Part shown: piece by piece, positions 1-6,136 of the stretch
How positions within the stretch are numbered: the first letter of the stretch is position 1
Layout of the letters: each line of letters begins with the position of its first letter
IMG/VR virus record: IMGVR_UViG_3300002143_000037
Coordinates: 1-57,812 of that record
Origin: a virus
Strand: one strand, 5' to 3'
DNA: 57,812 bases
Notes under the pieces: model-generated
The model's input: the letters and a program-made list of their open reading frames with translations, nothing else
Database searches by the model: none
Told to the model about the DNA's origin: nothing
Position numbers and translations under genes: made by a program

Positions 1-233
1 GTCCGCCACTGACACACACTAGATCTAAATGAGAATCATTCTCATTTGGCTACAGTCTAACAATGCATAACCGATATTTGATCAGTTGCAAATGCATTGT
101 AAGTCATTGATTTCATTAGAGTTTTTCATTGTCGAGTCAAATAGCAAAGCCTATATTGTCTCACCTACCAGAAGAGTGTACTACTTTTGTTTTCTGGGCC
201 GCTAGGCTAGGCTGGCTGGGGCATGCGTGGGCC
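1..233. repeat. Left copy of 233-bp direct terminal repeat (identical to 57580..57812)
   Basis: Read base by base: GTCCGCCACTGACACACACTAGATC...GGGGCATGCGTGGGCC is present at both window ends. The right copy runs to the last base of the window. It may be a true DTR or a circular/concatemer assembly overlap. Confidence 0.95.
27..47. repeat. 21-bp perfect palindrome AAATGAGAAT-C-ATTCTCATTT inside the terminal repeat (second copy 57606..57626)
   Basis: 10+1+10 inverted repeat, immediately preceded by the palindromic hexamer AGATCT (21..26). Confidence 0.9.
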
Positions 234-600
234 ACCCCCCGGTATGGCGTTATATATATACAGCCAAGCCCACAGAACAGCAAAATAGACCTGTTAACCA
301 CAACACCATCTGCACCATCCCCCATATACAATACAGCCCACACACGGCCTACACAGCCCCTACAGAGAGTTAACATAGCCTGCCAAGGGCTACACAGCTC
401 CACAACTAAACAACCCCCTACAGGACCATTAAAGCCTTTCCCACAATACAGCCTATTCCGCTGCAAAAAACAAGAAAGACAAAACCGACCATGAAGATCC
501 TGCTACCCTGCAACGAAGCAACACAACCTGCCATGCTTCACTACAATGGAGCTACTTAGCATTACACTATGTTGTTTCTACACAACACAATGAAATATAT
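234..600 (+). other. Non-coding A+C-rich, G/T-poor tract with TACAGCC / TACACAGCC repeats
   Basis: 301..360 has 48/60 A+C on the + strand. TACAGCC occurs at 259, 331 and 447. TACACAGC(C/T) occurs at 350 and 390. The only ORFs here are low-complexity and lack an SD. Confidence 0.7.
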
Positions 601-603
601 CGC

Positions 604-631
604 TTGACAAGATTTTCAGCATTGATATAAC
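604..631 (+). promoter_or_regulatory. Sigma70-like promoter candidate (TTGACA-N16-TATAAC with extended -10 TGa)
   Basis: TTGACA at 604..609, TG at 623..624, TATAAC at 626..631. The 12-mer TGATATAACATA recurs at 1469..1480. Confidence 0.55.
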
Positions 632-657
632 ATAGGGGTGCTGGGGTGCTGATGCTT

Positions 658-750
658 CTATATAGTCCTATGTTGACACAATTTAGAACCCACATAGTAG
701 ATAACAACATACAACTATATAGGTATATAGCTCTATAGGGCTATATAGCC
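658..750. promoter_or_regulatory. Cluster of CTATATAG palindromes (candidate operator sites)
   Basis: CTATATAG at 658..665, 715..722 and 741..748, with variant GTATATAG at 723..730. 739..750 is the perfect 12-bp palindrome GGCTATATAGCC. Confidence 0.6.
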
Positions 751-806
751 AAAACAAACCATGAAGATGTTGTCTGTGTTGACAAACAATTTGTTTCTTT
801 CTTTTG

Positions 807-835
807 TTTACTTTGTTGCTCTTTAGCAGTATACT
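807..835 (+). promoter_or_regulatory. Sigma70-like promoter candidate upstream of first + arm gene
   Basis: TTTACT (807..812), 17-nt spacer, TATACT (830..835), about 60 nt upstream of ATG 899. Confidence 0.4.
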
Positions 836-898
836 GTCTACACAACCAGCCAGTTCCATACAGTAGGCAGTCTGTGTTGTACTATACAGAGCTAAGAA

Positions 899-1198
899 AT
901 GAAACAGAACAAAACAACAGTGATAGACTTTTTGTTAAATCAAAAGAGTTTGTTGCTAACGAAAGAACAGGTAGCAGCTAAAGGGTTGCTAAACAGTCCA
1001 CCGTACTCTTATGCTGCAAAGATCTATATAGCATTAAACAAAGGAAGCTTAGACAATGTCTATGTTCCTCACAGTGATGTGTTTTATGTTAGAGCTTCTG
1101 TTGAAAAAGAAACAGGCTTTTATTTCCCGTTAGACAATATAGAAGAAGCAATGAAGGCTAACGGGTGGCGAGATCGAAGGAACTCATGGAGATATTGA
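899..1198 (+). CDS. hypothetical protein (99 aa)
   Basis: First ORF after the control region and 1 nt from the next gene. No motif recognised. Confidence 0.6.
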   Translation: MKQNKTTVIDFLLNQKSLLLTKEQVAAKGLLNSPPYSYAAKIYIALNKGSLDNVYVPHSDVFYVRASVEKETGFYFPLDNIEEAMKANGWRDRRNSWRY

Positions 1199-1199
1199 T

Positions 1200-1454
1200 A
1201 TGGCAATCAAAAGAGGCAGTGAAGAGTTCAGTGGCTACAACAAGCCTAAAGCAACACCCGATCATCCAACAAAGAGTCATGCTGTGTTGGCTAAGGACGG
1301 AGCAACTGTCAAGTTGATCAGGTTTGGACAGAAGGGTGTTGAAGGCTCTCCAGACGGCAGCAAGCGCAATGAAGCCTTCAAGGCCCGTCACGCTGCCAAC
1401 ATCGCCAAAGGTAAAATGTCAGCAGCATATTGGGCCAATAAAACAAAGTGGTGA
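1200..1454 (+). CDS. small basic conserved-looking phage protein (84 aa)
   Basis: Tightly packed ORF. The segments KSHAVLAKDG..VKLIRFGQKG...FKARHA resemble small proteins I recall from marine phages and giant viruses. The family name is uncertain. Confidence 0.65.
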   Translation: MAIKRGSEEFSGYNKPKATPDHPTKSHAVLAKDGATVKLIRFGQKGVEGSPDGSKRNEAFKARHAANIAKGKMSAAYWANKTKW

Positions 1455-1477
1455 ACAAGCTGTAAAGATGATATAAC
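1449..1477 (+). promoter_or_regulatory. Extended -10 promoter candidate (TGATATAAC) ahead of the basic-protein genes
   Basis: TGATATAACATA (1469..1480) is identical to the -10 region of the 604..631 candidate. The -35 (TGGTGA) is weak. Confidence 0.35.
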
Positions 1478-1711
1478 ATATGTACGTTGCTCAGTTCCTC
1501 ATCTGCATAGCACAAGCGTGTGTGGTGTTGGAGCATGAGCATTATGTTATGTACAAAGACATGGAGCGCTGTGAAGCTGCAGCGTCTATGAAGGTACAAG
1601 AGTTGTTAGCTTTGTTGAAAGACAGGGCTGTTGAGGCTGTAGCGTTTCGTTGTGTTGACAAGAGCGACAGCAGTGTTTGAGGCATTGCCTCCTTTTAAGA
1701 AAGAAACTATT

Positions 1712-1978
1712 ATGGCTACCACTAAGACAGACGCACAGAAGGTTGCAGAACTTCGTAAACAAGCAATGGACAAGAGCTTGCCTCAGCCCGTTCGTGACAT
1801 GGCTGACAAGAAAGCCAATGACATTGAGGCCAAGTCTGTGAAGAAGGCTACAGGTATGGAGCTTGCTAAGGGTGGTGCTGTTGCTAAGAAGTCTCCTAAG
1901 AAGATGATGTATGGTGGTGCTCTGCCTATGATGGCTAAGGGTGGTGCTGCTATGAAGAAGGCTAAGGGGAAGAAGTAA
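1712..1978 (+). CDS. Lys/Ala-rich basic protein with two AKGG motifs (88 aa)
   Basis: ATG 1712 is in frame within the listed ORF and follows AAGAAAGAAAC. 20 of 88 residues are Lys. Motifs ELAKGGAV and MMAKGGAAMKKAKGKK-stop. TAATG overlap with the next gene. Confidence 0.75.
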   Translation: MATTKTDAQKVAELRKQAMDKSLPQPVRDMADKKANDIEAKSVKKATGMELAKGGAVAKKSPKKMMYGGALPMMAKGGAAMKKAKGKK

Positions 1979-2712
1979 TGGCTACACGTAGAACTAGCGG
2001 TCGCTTCGGTGACGAAAAAGGTGTTCAGCGCAACAAAGACAATAGCCCTGATCCTTACGACAAACCAAACCGTTCACCCGGTCAGAGCAATGCCAATCGT
2101 GCTCGTCCTTCATTGAATGAAGATGTTGGTGATTCTCAGCGTCGAGACAATCAACGCATTGCTAGAGGTTTGATGCCAACTGCTGAAGGCGGTGGTGGGC
2201 GCAAGGCACAGCAAGATGCAGGCGGTAGGGCTGTAACACGTACAGGTGCTCGTATTGGTAAAGGTGCTGTTGCTTTTGAACTTGGTTATGCTGCTGGTCG
2301 TGAGGTGGATGAGAATGGCCTTCCTTTCACTGATGGTGTTGGTAAAGGCGTGGGTAAGAAGATTGTTGATAAGACAGGCTTGGGTAAGCTGACCGATGCT
2401 GCTGTTAATATGCGAGACAAGGTTGAGCTTTCTAAAAGTTCTAAAGAGCGCATCAAAGCTGGTGAGCTTGATAAGAAGAGTAATGACGAACGTGTCAACA
2501 AAGAAGACTATCCCACTTACAAGAAAGACACAAAGAGTGCTGCTGCATTTCGTAAAGAGTTCAAGGCTGCTAAAGATAATGGTAAAGACAGCTTCAGCTT
2601 TGAGGGTCGTAAGTACAATACCAAAGGCGAATATGCCAAAGGTGGTATGGTGACCAACCAAGGTGTTGGTGCTTCCATGAAAGCCCATAACGTTTTTGGA
2701 AAGAAGAAGTGA
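1978..2712 (+). CDS. basic low-complexity protein, C-terminal AKGG tail (244 aa)
   Basis: Translationally coupled ORF. The C-terminus is EYAKGGMVTNQGVGASMKAHNVFGKKK. Confidence 0.75.
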   Translation: MATRRTSGRFGDEKGVQRNKDNSPDPYDKPNRSPGQSNANRARPSLNEDVGDSQRRDNQRIARGLMPTAEGGGGRKAQQDAGGRAVTRTGARIGKGAVAFELGYAAGREVDENGLPFTDGVGKGVGKKIVDKTGLGKLTDAAVNMRDKVELSKSSKERIKAGELDKKSNDERVNKEDYPTYKKDTKSAAAFRKEFKAAKDNGKDSFSFEGRKYNTKGEYAKGGMVTNQGVGASMKAHNVFGKKK

Positions 2713-2713
2713 T

Positions 2714-3172
2714 ATGGCAATGAACAAGAACATTGACGACGACACACGCAAACGTGCGCTAGCCTTTGTTGAGAAGAACAAGAAGGGCGCTGACGAGAAG
2801 GAATATCGCAGCGATCCCTACAGCAAGATGACAAAGGCTGAGCGTGACTCTCGTGTTGGTTATCCAGACGACTTCCCTCCTGCGTCTACAGACGATGCCA
2901 CTAAGCGTCTTCCTAAGAACAAAGCTCGTGTTGTTAGCAAGAAAGAGCTTGAAGCTTCTGGCCTCAGCCTGCGTGACTTCCTCAACAAAGAGCGTGGCCT
3001 CACACGCCGCAAAGAGCCGATGAGCAAAGAAGAAGCTAAGAAGCAATTGAAGCTGGGTGAGAAGCCATCAGCCAAAGAAGTTGATGATGCTAAGAAGCAG
3101 CTTGGTTTTGCCAAGGGCGGCTATGTCAACTGCGGCGCTTCTATGCCACCTGCACAGAAGGGTAAGAAATGA
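2714..3172 (+). CDS. basic protein, C-terminal AKGG tail (152 aa)
   Basis: ATG 2714 lies 1 nt after the previous stop. The C-terminus GFAKGGYVNCGASMPPAQKGKK parallels the preceding protein. Confidence 0.75.
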   Translation: MAMNKNIDDDTRKRALAFVEKNKKGADEKEYRSDPYSKMTKAERDSRVGYPDDFPPASTDDATKRLPKNKARVVSKKELEASGLSLRDFLNKERGLTRRKEPMSKEEAKKQLKLGEKPSAKEVDDAKKQLGFAKGGYVNCGASMPPAQKGKK

Positions 3173-3471
3173 AGCCGGGTCTGTACAGCAACATTGCTGC
3201 AAAGCGTGAGCGCATTGCCGAAGGCTCTGGTGAGAAGATGCGTAAGGTGGGTAGCAAAGGTGCTCCTACGGCTGAAGCGTTTAAGCAGGCTGCAAAGACT
3301 GCGAAGATGGCTAAGGGTGGTGATGTAGCCAAACAACAAGCCAAGGTTGCTAAAGTGATGGGTGAGTTCAAAGAAGGCTCTCTGCACAGCGGCAAAGGTG
3401 GTAAGGTGGTGAAGTCGCCTAAGCAGGCTATTGCAATTGCTTTGTCTGAAGCTAAGAAGGCTAAGAAGTGA
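3169..3471 (+). CDS. basic protein with AKGG motif (100 aa)
   Basis: ATGA overlap with the previous gene. It carries KMAKGGDV. The C-terminal VMGEFKEGSLHSGKGGKVVKSPKQAIAIALSEAKK resembles a widespread small bacterial/phage domain of unknown function (from memory). Confidence 0.75.
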   Translation: MKPGLYSNIAAKRERIAEGSGEKMRKVGSKGAPTAEAFKQAAKTAKMAKGGDVAKQQAKVAKVMGEFKEGSLHSGKGGKVVKSPKQAIAIALSEAKKAKK

Positions 3472-3503
3472 TAAACAAAGAACCGAAGGTTAGGAGCATT
3501 GGT

Positions 3504-3851
3504 ATGGTGTTGACGGCTGGTTCTGCCAACACTATCTACACCTGCCCTCCAAACTACATTGCTAAGATGGTGTTGTTGTTTGTTTCCAATCACGATATCA
3601 GCGGTGGCGGTGGCGGTGGCGGCGGTAGCGGTAGTACAAAGAAAGTGACTGTTCAATGGAACGATGTCAGTGCTGGTCAGAGCTATTACATTGTTGGTGG
3701 TTATTCATTAACTGCTACAGCGTTTCTCAAACTTGACGGTAGCTATCTTGTCCTCAACCCCGGTGACACTCTCATTGTTACGCCTGAAGCTGGTAGCGCT
3801 ATGGACACTACAGTCACAGTTGAAGAATACTTTGAACCTGCAATGAGATGA
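3504..3851 (+). CDS. hypothetical protein with internal poly-Gly loop (115 aa)
   Basis: AGGAG lies 8 nt upstream of ATG 3504, which I prefer to the listed GTG at 3468. The SGGGGGGGGSGS run is encoded by a GCGGTG-type repeat at 3601..3634. Confidence 0.65.
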   Translation: MVLTAGSANTIYTCPPNYIAKMVLLFVSNHDISGGGGGGGGSGSTKKVTVQWNDVSAGQSYYIVGGYSLTATAFLKLDGSYLVLNPGDTLIVTPEAGSAMDTTVTVEEYFEPAMR

Positions 3852-3854
3852 TAT

Positions 3855-4223
3855 ATGGCTAAAGAACTATCAGAACAACATAAGCGCTTCCTTGAAGTGC
3901 TCTTCACAGACGCTGGTGGCAACATCAGTTCTGCTATGCGTATGGCAGGCTTCTCTGAAGGCTACAGCAGACGCACCCTCACCAACTACCTCAAAGAGGA
4001 AATCATTGAAGCTACACAGCTTTACATTGCTATGGCAGCACCAAAGGCTGCAGTGGCTATGATCAATGCCATTGATGATCCTACAGAGCTTGGTTTGAAA
4101 GAGAAGATGTCAGCCGCTAAAGACTTACTCGACCGTGCTGGTTTGGTGAAGACTGAGAAGGTGCAGGTTGAAAGCACAGGCGGCATTATGGTGTTGCCTG
4201 CTAAGGAGCGCGAGGAAGACTGA
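3855..4223 (+). CDS. terS: terminase small subunit (candidate)
   Basis: N-terminal HTH-like KRFLEVLFTDAGGNISSAMRMAGFSEGY and C-terminal SAAKDLLDRAGLV are typical of phage TerS. It sits just upstream of terL. Confidence 0.65.
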   Translation: MAKELSEQHKRFLEVLFTDAGGNISSAMRMAGFSEGYSRRTLTNYLKEEIIEATQLYIAMAAPKAAVAMINAIDDPTELGLKEKMSAAKDLLDRAGLVKTEKVQVESTGGIMVLPAKEREED

Positions 4224-4684
4224 TGGAGACTGCATCGTTTGATTTTGGTTTGGGAGCCTTCATACTTCCACAACCCACAACAACAGATGAGTATGTTAAG
4301 ATACCAAGACTATCACGTACTATTCCTTTTGGTTATAAAGTTGATGAAGAGGATGACGGATGGTTACAACCTGTACCACTTGAACTTCAAGCGCTTGAAA
4401 AAGCTAAGAAGTATTTAAAGCAATATAGCTCTAGGCAGGTGGCGGCATGGCTCACCACTGTAACTGGTAGAGAGATAAGTCATGTTGGTCTATTAAAACG
4501 TGTAAAGAATGAACAGTCCCACAAACGCAAATCCTCTACTTATCGAAAGCTTGCCGAAGGGTACGAAAAAGCCCTTAAGAAAGCGCAAGAGTACGAAGAA
4601 AGAACCGGAACAAAAGACGGAAGCTTCTTCGATAGTGATCGATACGTCAAACTTACAGAGTCCTTCACAGCCAACACCAACTGA
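4223..4684 (+). CDS. DNA-binding-like protein (153 aa), overlaps the terL 5' end
   Basis: ATGA-coupled to terS. IPFGYKVDEEDDGWLQPVPLE..SSRQVAAWL resembles the recombinase/resolvase-type DNA-binding module. Its last 176 nt overlap the terL ORF in another frame. Confidence 0.55.
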   Translation: METASFDFGLGAFILPQPTTTDEYVKIPRLSRTIPFGYKVDEEDDGWLQPVPLELQALEKAKKYLKQYSSRQVAAWLTTVTGREISHVGLLKRVKNEQSHKRKSSTYRKLAEGYEKALKKAQEYEERTGTKDGSFFDSDRYVKLTESFTANTN

Positions 4685-6095
4685 AATTGTTCAGCCTGTA
4701 CGCGACAACGTCATCTTCAGACCCAACCCCGGCCCTCAAACAAACTTCCTAGCTGCCTCAGAGCGTGAAGTGTTGTATGGTGGTGCTGCTGGTGGTGGTA
4801 AAAGCTACGCCATTCTTGCCGACCCTTTGCGGTATATGGCACATCCACAGTTTAGTGGACTAATTCTTCGTCACACCACAGAAGAACTGCGAGAGTTGAT
4901 CTGGAAGTCTCAAGAGATGTATCCAAAGATCTACCCCGGTATCAAGTGGAGTGAGCGAAAGATGCAATGGCAGCATCCAAGCGGTGGTAAGTTATGGATG
5001 TCCTACCTTGACCGTGACGAAGATGTCATGCGTTATCAGGGTTTGTCGTTCTCCTACATCGCTTGGGACGAGCTAACACAGTGGCCTACACCGTTTGCCT
5101 ACAACTATATGCGTTCTCGTCTGCGTACAGCGGCTGCTGACCTGCCTGTGTTCATGAGAGCTACCACCAACCCCGGTGGACCCGGCCATCAATGGGTCAG
5201 GAAGATGTTCATTGTGCCTGCAGCGCCCGGTAAAAGCTTCTATGCCACCGATGTTGAGACAGGAGAGACACTGGTCTACCCTAAAGGACACAGCAGAGAA
5301 GGCCAACCTCTGTTCAAACGCAAGTTTATATCGGCTAAGCTGGCTGACAACCCCTATTTGGCTGACTCAGGTGACTACGAAACCATGTTGTTGTCTCTAC
5401 CAGAGCACCAACGTAAGCAATTGCTTGAGGGCAACTGGGATATTGCAGAGGGTGCAGCGTTTTCTGAGTTCAATAGAGCCATTCACGTAGTAGAACCCTT
5501 CACCATCCCCAGTAGTTGGCCCAGATTTAGGTCTGCCGACTACGGATATGGTAGCTATAGCGCTGTATTGTGGTTTGCTGTAGCACCTGATGAGAGTTTG
5601 GTGGTGTATAGGGAGCTTTATGTCAGCAAAGTGCTGGCAGAAGACCTAGCTGTGATGATTATGCAGGCTGAAGATGGTGAAAAGATTCGATATGGGGTAC
5701 TAGATAGCTCATGTTGGCACAAACGTGGTGACACTGGACCCTCTATTGCTGAACGGATGATTATGAAGGGTTGCCGCTGGCGACCCGCTGACCGATCTGC
5801 TGGTAGTCGCATCGCAGGCAAGAACGAAATCCATCGTCGCCTACAAGTTGACTCAATGACGGAGCAGCCTCGTGTTGTTTTCTTCAATACCTGTACACAA
5901 ATCATTGCCGACTTACCAACTCTACCTATTGACAAGACTAATATGGAAGACATCAATACTAAAGTTAGTAATGACCACACCTATGACGCATTACGTTACG
6001 GGGTAATGTCGCGTCCTCGCAGTGGCTTGTTTGACTTCGACCCTATGTCACAAAACTCTGGTATTCGCGTAGCAGACGAAACATTTGGCTATTAA
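4509..6095 (+). CDS. terL: terminase large subunit
   Basis: Walker A YGGAAGGGKS, Walker B YIAWDELTQW, nuclease-domain SADYGYG and the C-terminal DHTYDALRYGV motif. The true start is uncertain because there is no in-frame ATG between 4509 and the conserved core. Confidence 0.93.
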   Translation: MNSPTNANPLLIESLPKGTKKPLRKRKSTKKEPEQKTEASSIVIDTSNLQSPSQPTPTEIVQPVRDNVIFRPNPGPQTNFLAASEREVLYGGAAGGGKSYAILADPLRYMAHPQFSGLILRHTTEELRELIWKSQEMYPKIYPGIKWSERKMQWQHPSGGKLWMSYLDRDEDVMRYQGLSFSYIAWDELTQWPTPFAYNYMRSRLRTAAADLPVFMRATTNPGGPGHQWVRKMFIVPAAPGKSFYATDVETGETLVYPKGHSREGQPLFKRKFISAKLADNPYLADSGDYETMLLSLPEHQRKQLLEGNWDIAEGAAFSEFNRAIHVVEPFTIPSSWPRFRSADYGYGSYSAVLWFAVAPDESLVVYRELYVSKVLAEDLAVMIMQAEDGEKIRYGVLDSSCWHKRGDTGPSIAERMIMKGCRWRPADRSAGSRIAGKNEIHRRLQVDSMTEQPRVVFFNTCTQIIADLPTLPIDKTNMEDINTKVSNDHTYDALRYGVMSRPRSGLFDFDPMSQNSGIRVADETFGY

Positions 6096-6113
6096 ATCGC
6101 TACATGTTATACC
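6085..6113 (+). promoter_or_regulatory. Weak promoter candidate before portal gene (TTGGCT-N17-TATACC, TG extended)
   Basis: TTGGCT at 6085..6090, TG at 6105..6106, TATACC at 6108..6113. It lies in the terL 3' end and intergenic region. Confidence 0.3.
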
Positions 6114-6136
6114 TTTCATTATAATTTGGAACACCT

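Noticed and set aside
129-494. 121-aa (+) and 101-aa (-) ORFs in the left-end region
   Set aside because: They lie in the DTR and the A+C-rich tract. Their translations are low-complexity (Pro/Thr/Gln/His-rich on one strand, Gly/Val/Cys-rich on the other). There is no SD, and the two are mutually antisense. Their openness is explained by the compositional skew.
673-784. Additional perfect TTGACA hexamers at 673..678 and 779..784 considered as promoters
   Set aside because: No acceptable -10 lies 16-18 nt downstream. The nearest ATAAC element after 673 is 21 nt away, and after 779 only TTTTGT/TTTGTT is available. They may be part of other repeats such as ACCATGAAGATGTTGTCTGTGTTGACA.
488-846. 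Mini-ORFs starting at the repeated ACCATGAAGAT (MKILLPCNEATQPAMLHYNGAT at 491 and hydrophobic MKMLSVLTNNLFLSFVYFVAL at 761)
   Set aside because: There is no SD, they are very short, and there is no supporting evidence. The repeat itself is real, but coding is unsupported.
234-898. attP or a tRNA-derived segment for the integrase, and tRNA genes in general
   Set aside because: By eye, none of the non-coding regions contains a T-arm/acceptor-like GGTTCGAATCC..CCA segment or a cloverleaf-capable sequence. I cannot run tRNAscan, so absence is provisional.
1480-1680. 66-aa ORF between 1200..1454 and 1712..1978
   Set aside because: Its ATG would sit on top of the predicted transcription start of the TGATATAAC candidate promoter. 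There is no SD, and the sequence is Cys/hydrophobic-rich, unlike its neighbours. I cannot exclude a shorter real ORF starting at an internal Met, so I left it unannotated.
2110-2781. 223-aa ORF antisense to the basic-protein genes, together with other antisense or alternative-frame ORFs in 2286..3656
   Set aside because: The sense-strand genes are translationally coupled and share the AKGG tails. The antisense translations are Phe/Leu/Ser-rich mirrors of Lys/Ala/Glu codons.
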